A DNA stretch of 64,000 bases, taken from contig OY969585.1 of assembly GCA_963701295.1 (NCBI GenBank), positions 2,624,001-2,688,000 of the forward strand, in the 5' to 3' direction. Below the pieces are notes generated by a model. That model was not told the DNA's origin and did not search any database. It saw only the letters and a list, made by a program, of their open reading frames with translations. Each line of letters begins with the position of its first letter. The stretch's first letter is position 1. The position numbers and the translations under genes are program-made. The DNA is from Ignavibacteriota bacterium. GTDB lineage: Bacteria; Bacteroidota; Ignavibacteria; UBA10030. Positions 8,427 to 17,968 of the stretch are shown here, in pieces.

Positions 8427-10520
8427 CTACTTCGTTTTTCCCTCCAGTTCGTCTGCAAGCTTTCCGGCATCATAGAGTTTCCGTAAAGCTTCGATCATTG
8501 CACCCGAATGGACTGCAACGGCACGATTTGTCTCATCGCTGTAAATAAAATTGCCGACAAGGCTTTCAATATTTCCATCGAAAATCAATCCGACAAGCTC
8601 GCCATCTCTGTTGATGACCGGAGATCCAGAATTGCCGCCGATGATATCGCACGAACAGACAAAGTTCAGCGGGGTCGAAAGATCGAGCTTCTCTTTCCGC
8701 TCAAGATATCGTGCAGGGAGATTGAACGGCTGTTTCATATCGAAACTCGACGCACGATCATATAATCCGTAGAATGTCGTTTTCGCCGGTGCTATCGTGC
8801 CGTTCATTGGATATCCCTTGACAGTGCCGTACGAAAGTCGAAGCGTGAAGGTAGCATCAGGGTGGACGGATTTTCCATAGATTGCAAATCGGGCTTTCCC
8901 GAGTTTTTCCCCGGCAATTTTCATCTGACTATCAAGATGGTCCTCTATCCATTTTTGAAGTTCACGCAGAATCGAATCAACCTTCCGTACCATGATAATT
9001 AAAGGATCGGTTGATTCAGCGACGGCTTTTTCTCCGCCCTCAATAAGCGCATTCCGGACTTTCGGATCGGTGAGTTTCGTGCTGGTGAAAAGATCTTTTG
9101 CAGCCTCTTCGGGTGTTTTGGTTCCAAGAATTATTTTTATAAAAGGGTCATCAGGGCCCAGTTGTTCCAATGATTCCCGCAATGCATCAGCAAGAATTGT
9201 TTCTTCAAGCTGCGGATAGAACGGTGCCGGCGAGAGAAGATCATATCGGAGAGACTCAAGCTGCGAATCATGAAATCCCTCAAGACGCTTTCCATCCGGT
9301 TTTTGTATTTCTGTTCCATACCGGACGATATCCACTGCGAGCAGGGCAAGTCGTGAACCGCGAATCGCACGGTACCGGATTATGTTCATGTTTTCGATAT
9401 GCTTTTTCTGGATCTCTGCGATGGTGTTCCATACGCCGCCAAATTCCGATTTCCATTCAGGTTTGCTGTTGACGCGTGTTTGAAAGTCATTTTCTTCGTT
9501 TTGTTTTTTTGCTATAAGATTTTTATCCAAAAGGCCATTATACTCTCCCGTAAAAGCCTTGACCGAATTCTCAACATAAAAAATCAGGTTGTTCGCCTGC
9601 CTGGCCTGTTCTGGTCCGAGTGCCGCATAGCGTTTTAATACATCAAGACGGCGTTTTAAGACTTTGAGTCTCAACGGATAAATATAATCGCGATCTTTTT
9701 CAATTTCAGCCATTGTGTTCAAACGGCTTGTCGAGCCCGGATGTCCCGACACAAATACCAAATCACCATCGGCAGCGCCTTTAGAGTTCCACTTCAGGTA
9801 CTGGGTGCTCACGACAGGTTTGCCATCTTCATACACCCTGAAAATTGCCATGTCGAGATCGTAACGTGGAAAAGTGAAATTATCCGGATCACCGCCGTAG
9901 AATGCAATCTGCTCTTCAGGGGCAAATACAAGACGAACCTCAGTATACTTCTTGTACCGATACAGCCAGTATTCACCTCCATCATAGAGCGGTACGACAT
10001 CAGACCGAAACGTTGTTTTTTCGAGGCTTTCTTTTTCGATCTTTGCTATTTCAGCTTTTCGTGCGGCATAAATTTCCTGATCGCTCATTCCCTTTTTTAT
10101 TACACTGAAAACCCTGTCGGTAACATTTTCAAGCGACATCAGGACGTTGAGTTCAAGATCAGGGCACCGTAACTCTTCAGCAGGTGTCGCGGCATAAAAG
10201 CCATCTTGGACGTAATCTTTCTGGGATGTTGATACCTTCTGTAATTGATCAAGGGCGACATGGTGGTTCGTCAAGACCAAGCCGGTCGGACTGATAAATG
10301 ATCCCGATCCCCCATCGTTAAAACGGACACTTGAAAGACGTACATGGTCAAGCCATTCCTGTGTCGGAGTGAAGTTATAACGATCTTTAAGCAGCTTCAG
10401 CGGCGGATTATCAAATGTCCACATTCCTTCATGAGGTGCTGAAAAAATTGTACTATGAAATACAAAAAAAACAACACCAAACGTCAGAATACACATTATC
10501 CAATGGGTTTTATTTTTCAT
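8427..10520 (-). CDS. S46 family dipeptidyl peptidase
   Basis: EGMW N-terminus, LTNHH, DIIGGNSGSPV catalytic Ser motif, GLIFDGN; GGAGG RBS before ATG at 10520. Confidence 0.93.
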   Translation of the reverse strand: MKNKTHWIMCILTFGVVFFVFHSTIFSAPHEGMWTFDNPPLKLLKDRYNFTPTQEWLDHVRLSSVRFNDGGSGSFISPTGLVLTNHHVALDQLQKVSTSQKDYVQDGFYAATPAEELRCPDLELNVLMSLENVTDRVFSVIKKGMSDQEIYAARKAEIAKIEKESLEKTTFRSDVVPLYDGGEYWLYRYKKYTEVRLVFAPEEQIAFYGGDPDNFTFPRYDLDMAIFRVYEDGKPVVSTQYLKWNSKGAADGDLVFVSGHPGSTSRLNTMAEIEKDRDYIYPLRLKVLKRRLDVLKRYAALGPEQARQANNLIFYVENSVKAFTGEYNGLLDKNLIAKKQNEENDFQTRVNSKPEWKSEFGGVWNTIAEIQKKHIENMNIIRYRAIRGSRLALLAVDIVRYGTEIQKPDGKRLEGFHDSQLESLRYDLLSPAPFYPQLEETILADALRESLEQLGPDDPFIKIILGTKTPEEAAKDLFTSTKLTDPKVRNALIEGGEKAVAESTDPLIIMVRKVDSILRELQKWIEDHLDSQMKIAGEKLGKARFAIYGKSVHPDATFTLRLSYGTVKGYPMNGTIAPAKTTFYGLYDRASSFDMKQPFNLPARYLERKEKLDLSTPLNFVCSCDIIGGNSGSPVINRDGELVGLIFDGNIESLVGNFIYSDETNRAVAVHSGAMIEALRKLYDAGKLADELEGKTK

Positions 10521-10632
10521 GGGATCCTCCAAAAATGAATATAGGGTTATAATGACCGGATAATATAACGAAACATTTTTTTAAAAAGATACCCATACGT
10601 TTCCGCGTTTTTCTGCTTGCATGTCGGGTTTA

Positions 10633-10900
10633 CCTGCCGACTTGTCCACCAATCTTTTTTGGCGGAAGGATGGCAGGCGGGAAATCTTGATTTATTTAAA
10701 TAATATAAGCTTATCGCTGCTTTTTTTGATTGTGAACTCCCCATGCTAAAAGTGAGTCTGCGTCATTCTGATGTCACGCTGGAGCGCGCCGTTGGAATAC
10801 GCTCTTCATAAAGGGGAGCGAGGGGGAGAATTCTGTAGAGTCCCATTCATAATGGGACGATCACTAAACTTCGCAGCAACTATCTGATACCGTGACAAAT
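10633..10900. repeat. cluster of decayed palindromic elements (cctgcc...ggcagg hairpin; gtcattctga element; aaggggagcgaggggg arm)
   Basis: GC-rich imperfect hairpins in AT-rich intergenic DNA that share motifs with other repeats in the window. Confidence 0.45.
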
Positions 10901-11093
10901 GGGATGTGGTCTGTTTTAGACATCTTCGCCATTGAGATTCCAATTCCTTTTAATTAATTTATTATCAAATGCTGGTTGAAGACTGAGCGCCACATAAGCA
11001 GCATATGAACAAAGATGAATTATAAATGCACCAAAATCGCAGGATCAATCCCTGCAATATTATTTATAGGTCAATTTTATAAAGGATTCTCTG

Positions 11094-12014
11094 ATGGAGT
11101 CTGAATTCAAAAATATTTTTTTTCTTTTCATAACTTTGGTTTTCTATATACATATGTCATGTTCGCAGAACATAGTTCAAGCTGCATCGGTTGAGCGATC
11201 GAACGAGGATCAGTACAAAATATGTTTTAAAGAAGCGGATTTTCATCTGGGCAAGTTCGAATTTAATGAATCGATACAAAGCTGTGAGGCGGCTTTGCGG
11301 TATAAACCGGACGATTTTCTGATTCGGGCGATGATGTGCCTTGATTATTATGAGATAGCTGAAAGACTTGATGTTCATAAATCCGAGGACAAGGATAAAA
11401 AGATTGAGCTCTATAAGAAAATGATTAAGATTGCAGAGGAAGGTATTCGATGCGCTCCTGATAAAGGGGAATGCTATTTTATGCGCGGATTAGCCAATGC
11501 AAGGATGTCCACAACGAAAGGAATCATGTCCCAGCTCTTTACGGCAAAGCAAATTGAGAAAGACTGGCTTGTCGCAGTTGACCGTAAATCCGATTATACA
11601 ACACCAAACGGTGAAAATCTTCAGGCATCAAGCTGTTTAGCATTGGGAGTGTACTATCGGCTTTGCCCAACATTTTTTTTGATAAGATGGTTGTTTGGAA
11701 TCAGCGGAGACCTCAACAAATCAGTGGATTACTGCAGAAGGGCGTATGAACTTGATTCCACACGGATAGAAATTGTAAAAGAGTATGGAGTGGCCCTTAT
11801 TACTTCCGGACTGGACAGAGAGAATAAGAAGGATATTGAAGACGGGAAAGAGTATCTCAGAAAAGTTCCTTTCTTGCCATTGAGACTGCAGACGGATACG
11901 ATCGATATTGGTCACAGTAAAATGCTGCTCAATAACATAAATCTCTGTCCCGGTTATTCGAGGGATGAACAACAAGATGTTTCAGAGGAGTCTTATAAGA
12001 AAACACAGCAGTAG
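11094..12014 (+). CDS. exported TPR-like helical repeat protein
   Basis: hydrophobic N-terminus; TPR-like patterns (AALRYKPDD, RAYELDST). Confidence 0.65.
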   Translation: MESEFKNIFFLFITLVFYIHMSCSQNIVQAASVERSNEDQYKICFKEADFHLGKFEFNESIQSCEAALRYKPDDFLIRAMMCLDYYEIAERLDVHKSEDKDKKIELYKKMIKIAEEGIRCAPDKGECYFMRGLANARMSTTKGIMSQLFTAKQIEKDWLVAVDRKSDYTTPNGENLQASSCLALGVYYRLCPTFFLIRWLFGISGDLNKSVDYCRRAYELDSTRIEIVKEYGVALITSGLDRENKKDIEDGKEYLRKVPFLPLRLQTDTIDIGHSKMLLNNINLCPGYSRDEQQDVSEESYKKTQQ

Positions 12015-12080
12015 GGGATGTGTCGAGTGCGCTCGCAAATCATTTAATTTCAAGGCCGGCATAAGAGACAAAAAAGGAAA

Positions 12081-12132
12081 TGTCATTGCGAGGATCCCGA
12101 ACGGCAAAGTCGATCGGGAGACGATGCAATCT
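12081..12132. repeat. GTCATTGCGAG-family palindromic element (left arm)
   Basis: tgtcattgcgagg-[tcccga...tcggga hairpin]-gacgatgcaatc matches copies at 13379 and 14998. Confidence 0.75.
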
Positions 12133-12279
12133 ACTGAAAAAGGATTATCATAGGAAGACCTTGGCTGGCGGAGAAGCGGTTGGGGTCTGATTCACCGATG
12201 TGTTTTACAAAATTCTCTTCACTAAAATTTCATCCGTTGTAATAGATGTGAGGATTGGCTACATTTTAAATGAACGGTT

Positions 12280-12555
12280 ATGAAAGGTTTAAAAATGAAA
12301 CGGATCGAAGTTCTTGGAATGTTTTCAGGAGTATGCACAACATCAGCATTTGTTCCGCAGGTCTTTACCATATGGAGTATGAGGCCCATACCGGTCGTTT
12401 CCATTTCTCTCTCAATGTACGTGCTTTTTACTGTGGGAGTTATCGGCTGGGCTATTTATGGAATTAAAATTCGCGCACAATCGATTGCAATCATGAACGC
12501 TATCACTTCTGTACTTGCCCTATCCATCCTCGTTTATAAATGCGTGTATGGATAA
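12280..12555 (+). CDS. SemiSWEET / PQ-loop transporter
   Basis: TTSAFVPQV, ISLSMY, GWAIYG; three TM helices, 91 aa. Confidence 0.85.
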   Translation: MKGLKMKRIEVLGMFSGVCTTSAFVPQVFTIWSMRPIPVVSISLSMYVLFTVGVIGWAIYGIKIRAQSIAIMNAITSVLALSILVYKCVYG

Positions 12556-12560
12556 CCCCC

Positions 12561-12588
12561 GTAGAGGTTTAAAATATTGAACCCCTAC
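12561..12588. repeat. single GTAG...CTAC REP-like hairpin
   Basis: gtagaggtttaa-aata-ttgaacccctac imperfect stem immediately after the SemiSWEET stop. Confidence 0.55.
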
Positions 12589-12759
12589 AAAACAAATATC
12601 AATTTAGTATTGTTCATTATTGTGTATTTAATTATGTTAAAGACGACTGGTTACCTACGAAATTATTAATTGTAAAAACCATATTTATTCATTCTATTTT
12701 CCTTGATCCGCGCATAATATTTTCATTTCAATCACATACATTATAGAAGGAAAAACATC

Positions 12760-13281
12760 ATGCGTTATTTGCTTGCACTCATCACAACAGTGTTATTATC
12801 AAGCACTCTAGATGCGCAGGTACGTGTTAATCTCAACATCAATATAAAGAGCCAACCCGTTTGGGGACCGACCGGTTACGATCATGTTGAATATTATTAT
12901 CTGCCTGACATTGAAGTGTATTACTATGTTCCTCAGCATAAGTATTTCTATTATGAACGAGGGCACTGGATTGGCCGATCATCTTTGCCTGCCCGTTATC
13001 GTGATTATAACTTGTATCATTCCTACAAAGTAGTGGTGAATGAGCCGACGCCGTATCTCCATCACAAAATGTATAGAGACAAATATTCCTCGTTTAAAGG
13101 CCGTCACGATCAGGAAGCAATCCGCGATAGCCGTGAAGCAAAATATTTTGTCAATAAAAACCATCCCGAGCATAATAACTGGGTAAGGCAGCAAAGGCAT
13201 GATGAAGGTAATGGCAGAGAAAAGGATCGCGGCAACAAATCTGAAAGAAATAACAGACAAGACAAAGAAGATCGGCATTAG
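12760..13281 (+). CDS. hypothetical exported protein (Bacteroidota-type, Tyr-rich, charged tail)
   Basis: signal peptide, QPVWGPTGYDHVEYYYLPDIE motif, low-complexity C-terminus; GAAGGA RBS. Confidence 0.75.
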   Translation: MRYLLALITTVLLSSTLDAQVRVNLNINIKSQPVWGPTGYDHVEYYYLPDIEVYYYVPQHKYFYYERGHWIGRSSLPARYRDYNLYHSYKVVVNEPTPYLHHKMYRDKYSSFKGRHDQEAIRDSREAKYFVNKNHPEHNNWVRQQRHDEGNGREKDRGNKSERNNRQDKEDRH

Positions 13282-13298
13282 TTGAACTCTCGGTATGC

Positions 13299-13504
13299 GG
13301 ATTGTCCCGCAAGGCGGGATGCATAAAACACACTTCACGCAAAACGCTCGCAATGACAGAAAAGAAAAAAAGAACACTTGTCATTGCGAGGCTTGTCTTG
13401 AACGAAGTGAGGGAACTGACGAAGCAATCCGCAAAAATTGGATTACCATTGGAAAACTTGGTTTGCAGATTACTCCGCAAGGCGGGATGCTAAAATAGCA
13501 CTTC
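13299..13504. repeat. tandem GTCATTGCGAG-family arms (right arm, left arm, partial right arm)
   Basis: ctcgcaatgaca (13347) and tgtcattgcgag (13379) are exact reverse complements; ccgcaaggcgggatgc occurs twice. Confidence 0.8.
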
Positions 13505-13663
13505 GGCTCAACTAACCATTGAGATTCCCATCCCTTTTGCATAACTTCTTAGCAGATGTCCCGTTTACACAATTGTTTCGGCGGGCAGGCGATTGGGGAA
13601 TGAGCGGGTCACCGATGGCACCTAACCGTCGAGTTACCTGATGAGATTTTCAAGGCTCAGATA

Positions 13664-16600
13664 ATGGCAAGTGATAGAATATCAGCACGAAAGCAAGTAG
13701 AAAAACTCGTCAATTTCTTTGAAGAGAACATCTATCAATTCAAATCTACGTCCTTTAACGAAACTCAAGCCCGCCAGCAGTTGATCGATCCATTCTTCGA
13801 AGCTCTTGGATGGGATATGCATAACAGTTTGATGCTGCCGCTATTCCGTCAAGAGGTTGTGCCGGAATCGCGGATGAAGAGCAGCATTGCCAGAGAAGTG
13901 AAAGAACAAGAGCCGCTCTTTCCCCAAAAAGATACGCTCGGTAAAGAGCACAAAGAGTACGCTTCCATTCTGGATTATATTGTCGAAGATGAATACAAAG
14001 CCAATTCTAAAGAGGCAGTTAAAAAACCGGACTACCGATTTCGCATTGGCGGGCAAACGAAATTCTTCGTTGAAGCAAAAAAACCTTACGTCGATCTTGC
14101 GAAAAGCCAATCGTCAATCTTTCAGGTCAAACGATATGGATTTTCCGGTCGTGTGCCGATTGCCATCCTTACAGACTTTGAAGAATTCCGCACATTCGAT
14201 TGCACCCAGCGCCCCGCATTTGAGAAACCAAAATTAGGCATCATCAAAGATTTCGATCTAACGTACAAGCAATACATAGATCACTTCGAGCGTCTCTACG
14301 ATACATTCTCACACGATGCTGTTGCGGGCGGCTCGCTGGAAGCGCTGACAAAAAAGATGATGCTGAAACGCACCGGCGATTTTGCGCTTGACCGTGAATT
14401 CTTAGAAGATTTATCCAGATGGCGCGAAGAGTTAGCACGGGATATTGCAAAACATCCTAAGAACCGGCGGCTTCTGAATGATTACACACTCAATGAAGCG
14501 GTGCAGCGCATTCTCGACCGAATCGTTTTCATTCGTGTGTGCGAAGACAGGGAAATAGAAGTTGAAAATACACTGCTTGCCATTTTGCGGATATGGAAAG
14601 AACGCCAAGGCTTATCGTTGTATTCATTGTTGAATGATTTATTCAAACAGCGTCGTGCGTTGTACAACGGATTACTCTTCAGCCCGCATCCGTGTGAAGA
14701 ATTGGAAATTGGCAACGAGGTGCTGATTAAAATTTTAGAGAATCTGAATTATCCGTTCTCTCCGTATCACTTTAATGAGATCGGCGTTGAGATACTTGGC
14801 AGCATTTATGAAAAGTTCCTCGGCAAGACAATTCATCTGGCGCCTAAGAATGTTGTCATAAAAGAGAAACCGGAAGTTCGGAAAGCAGGTGGAGTCTATT
14901 ACACGCCGCAATACATCGTCAAGTACATTGTGGATAATACGCTGGGGAAATTGTTGTATAAAGAGACTTCTGTCATTGCAAGGAGTGAGGATCCTCAGTC
15001 ATTGCGAAGAAGCGCAGCGACTGAAGCAATCCGACAAACAGAAGAAAAAACAAGATTGCTTCACGATGAAACTGTTCGCAATGACGATAAAGAAGGGATT
15101 GCCCCGCAAAGCGGGATGCAAAAAGATTGCACTTCGCAGAAAACACTCGCGATGACGCCTAAGCAAGTTGCAAAATTAAATATCATCGATATTGCGTGTG
15201 GAAGCGGGTCCTTCCTGCTCGGCGCATTCCAGAAACTGATCGATTACCACATAGAATGGTACACCACGCACCCGGATGATATTAAAATAGAAAATAATGT
15301 GCCGGATGCCTACAAAGACACAGACGGCAATTACCATCTTTCGCCGCGCAAGAAGCGGGATATTTTAGTGAACAATATTTACGGCGTAGATATCGACCGG
15401 CAAGCAGTGGAAGTAACACAGATGTCGTTGTACTTGAAAGTGCTGGAAGGCGAAAATGCCGAAACCCTCAACCCGCAAATGACGCTCGCACTAAAAGAAG
15501 TGTACCTGCCTTCGTTGACGAAAAATATCAAATGCGGCAACTCGCTCATTGGCACAGACTTTACCTCGCAGGGAGAAATGTTCGATGAAGAAGCGAGGCA
15601 CAAAGTAAACCCGTTCGATTGGGAAATGGAGTTTCCGGAAATATTAAAGGCCAAAACTCTCCCCCTCACAGGGGGAGATACAGAGGGGGTCAAAGAACAA
15701 GAAATAATGACCCCAACCCAACCTTCCGCTATGAGGGGAAGGGGTGATAGCTCAGGGAACGGCTTCGATGTCGTGATTGGGAATCCGCCGTATGGTGCGG
15801 AGTTTGATGGAGAAGTTAAAACGTACTTCTTTAGCAAATACATTTTGCAGGATTATCAGCTCGAAAGCTATTTACTATTTTTGGAAAGAGCATTAGGCTT
15901 ATTAAGAAAAAATGGGTTTCTAGGTTATATTATTCCAAACCCATGGTTAACGAATTTATTCCAAATAAAGGTTAGGAAATTCATAGGTCAAAAAATTAAA
16001 GTTCTTGAAATCGTTCATTACCTTCAGAAAGTTTTTCATGAAGCAACGGTTGATACAGAAATAGTGATTCTGCAAAATTCTTTTCCATTGGAAAATGAAA
16101 TACAAGTATCGATCGTTGACGATTCCGCGGGAACAACTTCGAATCAAATTGATCAGAAATTATGGAAAAAAGCTGATGGCAAACCTATTAATATTTTTCT
16201 AAAATCGAAAGAAATTAATCTTATTGAGAAAATTTGCGCTAGAGCAAAAGTGTTAGAGACATTTTGTAAAGTTACTCAAGGGACGAAACCTTATCAAGTA
16301 GGGAAAGGAAATCCTAAGCAAACAAGAATAATAGTTGACGAACATCCATTTGATTCTACAAAAAAGAAAAACAAAACGTTTCGGCCGCTTTTAAGGGGGA
16401 GTAATATTAATCGTTATATAATAAATTGGAACAATGATTATTGGATTAGTTTTGGCGATTGGCTCGCAGAACCGAGATACTCGGCTGATTTTGATGCACG
16501 AGAAAAAATACTAATACGCCAAACAGGCGATAGCCTTATTGCTACTATTGACAGATCACAATTCATTGTTCGAGATAATCTTTATACGATTATAAATAAG

Positions 16601-16972
16601 TCAACATCTCTTGACTTGAGATATGTCTTGGGATTATTAAACTGTGCGCTCTTTAATTTTTATTACGAAACTCAAAATCCTGAAAAAGGCGAAGCGCTCG
16701 CACAGGTAAAAACAACAGTCATTAAGAACCTTCCCATCCGCACAATCGATTTTACGAAACCTGCCGAAAAGAAAATGCACGACGACCTTGTGTCGCTTGT
16801 GGAAAAAATGTTAGAGTTCAACAAGCAATTGCAAAAAGCCCATTTTGACAGCGAGAAAGAACCCATCGAGCGCCAAATCGCCGCCGCAGATAAAAAGATA
16901 GATGAGCTTGTGTATCAATTGTATGGTTTGACGGAGGAAGAAATAAAGATTGTGGAAGGGAAGAATGGTTAG
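13664..16972 (+). CDS. Type IIG restriction-modification enzyme (nuclease + N6-adenine methyltransferase + TaqI/Eco57I-like specificity region)
   Basis: PDY...VEAKKP nuclease motif, GVYYTP, DIACGSGSFL (motif I), GVDID, FDVVIGNPPY (motif IV), C-terminal IDELVYQLYGLTEEEI. Confidence 0.92.
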   Translation: MASDRISARKQVEKLVNFFEENIYQFKSTSFNETQARQQLIDPFFEALGWDMHNSLMLPLFRQEVVPESRMKSSIAREVKEQEPLFPQKDTLGKEHKEYASILDYIVEDEYKANSKEAVKKPDYRFRIGGQTKFFVEAKKPYVDLAKSQSSIFQVKRYGFSGRVPIAILTDFEEFRTFDCTQRPAFEKPKLGIIKDFDLTYKQYIDHFERLYDTFSHDAVAGGSLEALTKKMMLKRTGDFALDREFLEDLSRWREELARDIAKHPKNRRLLNDYTLNEAVQRILDRIVFIRVCEDREIEVENTLLAILRIWKERQGLSLYSLLNDLFKQRRALYNGLLFSPHPCEELEIGNEVLIKILENLNYPFSPYHFNEIGVEILGSIYEKFLGKTIHLAPKNVVIKEKPEVRKAGGVYYTPQYIVKYIVDNTLGKLLYKETSVIARSEDPQSLRRSAATEAIRQTEEKTRLLHDETVRNDDKEGIAPQSGMQKDCTSQKTLAMTPKQVAKLNIIDIACGSGSFLLGAFQKLIDYHIEWYTTHPDDIKIENNVPDAYKDTDGNYHLSPRKKRDILVNNIYGVDIDRQAVEVTQMSLYLKVLEGENAETLNPQMTLALKEVYLPSLTKNIKCGNSLIGTDFTSQGEMFDEEARHKVNPFDWEMEFPEILKAKTLPLTGGDTEGVKEQEIMTPTQPSAMRGRGDSSGNGFDVVIGNPPYGAEFDGEVKTYFFSKYILQDYQLESYLLFLERALGLLRKNGFLGYIIPNPWLTNLFQIKVRKFIGQKIKVLEIVHYLQKVFHEATVDTEIVILQNSFPLENEIQVSIVDDSAGTTSNQIDQKLWKKADGKPINIFLKSKEINLIEKICARAKVLETFCKVTQGTKPYQVGKGNPKQTRIIVDEHPFDSTKKKNKTFRPLLRGSNINRYIINWNNDYWISFGDWLAEPRYSADFDAREKILIRQTGDSLIATIDRSQFIVRDNLYTIINKSTSLDLRYVLGLLNCALFNFYYETQNPEKGEALAQVKTTVIKNLPIRTIDFTKPAEKKMHDDLVSLVEKMLEFNKQLQKAHFDSEKEPIERQIAAADKKIDELVYQLYGLTEEEIKIVEGKNG
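14971..15156. repeat. nested GTCATTGCGA-family palindromic element, in frame within the R-M gene
   Basis: outer gtcattgcaag...ctcgcgatgac enclosing inner gtcattgcgaa...gaagcaatc / gattgcttc...ttcgcaatgac. Confidence 0.85.
15657..15744. repeat. CTCCCCCT/GGGGAG-family palindromic doublet, in frame within the R-M gene
   Basis: ctccccctcacagggggag...agggggtc and gacccc...ccttccgctatgaggggaagggg. Confidence 0.75.
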
Positions 16973-17954
16973 ACAGGGAGAAAATAACGGCGAAATAGTA
17001 ATCTATAAGGCAGAGGATGGAAAGACTGCCATCGATGTAAAGCTTGAACAAGAAACTGTTTGGTTGAACCAATATCAACTTGCCGAATTATTTAAGACAG
17101 ACCGAACTTCAATTCTAAGACACATCAGAAATATCTATAAAACAGGTGAGTTAGAAGAAAAGTCAACTTGTGCAAAAATTGCACAAGTTCAAAAAGAAGG
17201 TGGTCGTCGAATCAGTCGGAACATTCTCACTTATAACCTTGATCTTATTATTTCAGTCGGATACCGTGTTAATTCCAAGCGCGGCACGCAGTTTAGGATA
17301 TGGGCAACCCGCGTATTACGTGATCATCTTGTAAAAGGACTTACGGTTAACGAGAGGCGTTTAAAAGAACTGCAACAGACAGTTCATCTTATCACGGAAA
17401 TTGCAAAGCGTAGGGATTTAACAGGTGACGAAGCAAAAGCGCTCTTGAGCGTTGTGGAAGATTATACATTTGCGTTGAATTTATTGGATGATTATGACCA
17501 CCAGAAGGTGGTTCTTGCAAATACGACCGAACGTAAAGTGTATGCTGTAACGTACGATGAAGCGGTCAGAGCTATTAACCATCTGCGGAAACAATTTAAT
17601 ACTTCCGAATTGTTTGGGCGAGAGAAAGACGAAAGTCTTCGAGGTTCGCTTAATAATGTATTTCAGACATTTGAAGGAAAAGAACTGTATCCAAGTCTGG
17701 AAGAGAAAGCAGCAAATTTGCTTTATTTCCTTGTGAAGGATCACTCTTTTGTGGATGGTAATAAAAGGATTGCAGCAGCACTGTTTCTTTGGTTTCTTGA
17801 AAAGAATCGAATGCTTTATCGCGCAGATGGCACCAAACGAATTGCAGAAAACGCTCTTGTTGCAATGACTCTTCTTATTGCTGAAAGCAAACCGGCTGAT
17901 AAAGAAATCCTCGCTCGAGTTCTTACGAATTTATTGACAAAGAGAAATAAATAG
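16965..17954 (+). CDS. RhuM-family protein with C-terminal Fic/Doc domain
   Basis: ETVWLNQ, YNLDLIISVGYRVNSKRGTQFRIWA (RhuM); HSFVDGNKR (Fic/Doc); start overlaps the R-M stop. Confidence 0.9.
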   Translation: MVRQGENNGEIVIYKAEDGKTAIDVKLEQETVWLNQYQLAELFKTDRTSILRHIRNIYKTGELEEKSTCAKIAQVQKEGGRRISRNILTYNLDLIISVGYRVNSKRGTQFRIWATRVLRDHLVKGLTVNERRLKELQQTVHLITEIAKRRDLTGDEAKALLSVVEDYTFALNLLDDYDHQKVVLANTTERKVYAVTYDEAVRAINHLRKQFNTSELFGREKDESLRGSLNNVFQTFEGKELYPSLEEKAANLLYFLVKDHSFVDGNKRIAAALFLWFLEKNRMLYRADGTKRIAENALVAMTLLIAESKPADKEILARVLTNLLTKRNK

Positions 17955-17968
17955 TTGATGAAAATCTT

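Noticed and set aside
13295-13498. Short ORFs 13295-13498, 13302-13493 (and 11965-12153)
   Set aside because: They are translations of palindromic repeats (VIAR.., LAMT) with no RBS or independent coding signal.
14971-15156. Intein or self-splicing intron in the R-M gene
   Set aside because: No C/S...HN-C/S/T splice motifs or group I/II core; the insert is explained by a DNA palindrome family also found intergenically.
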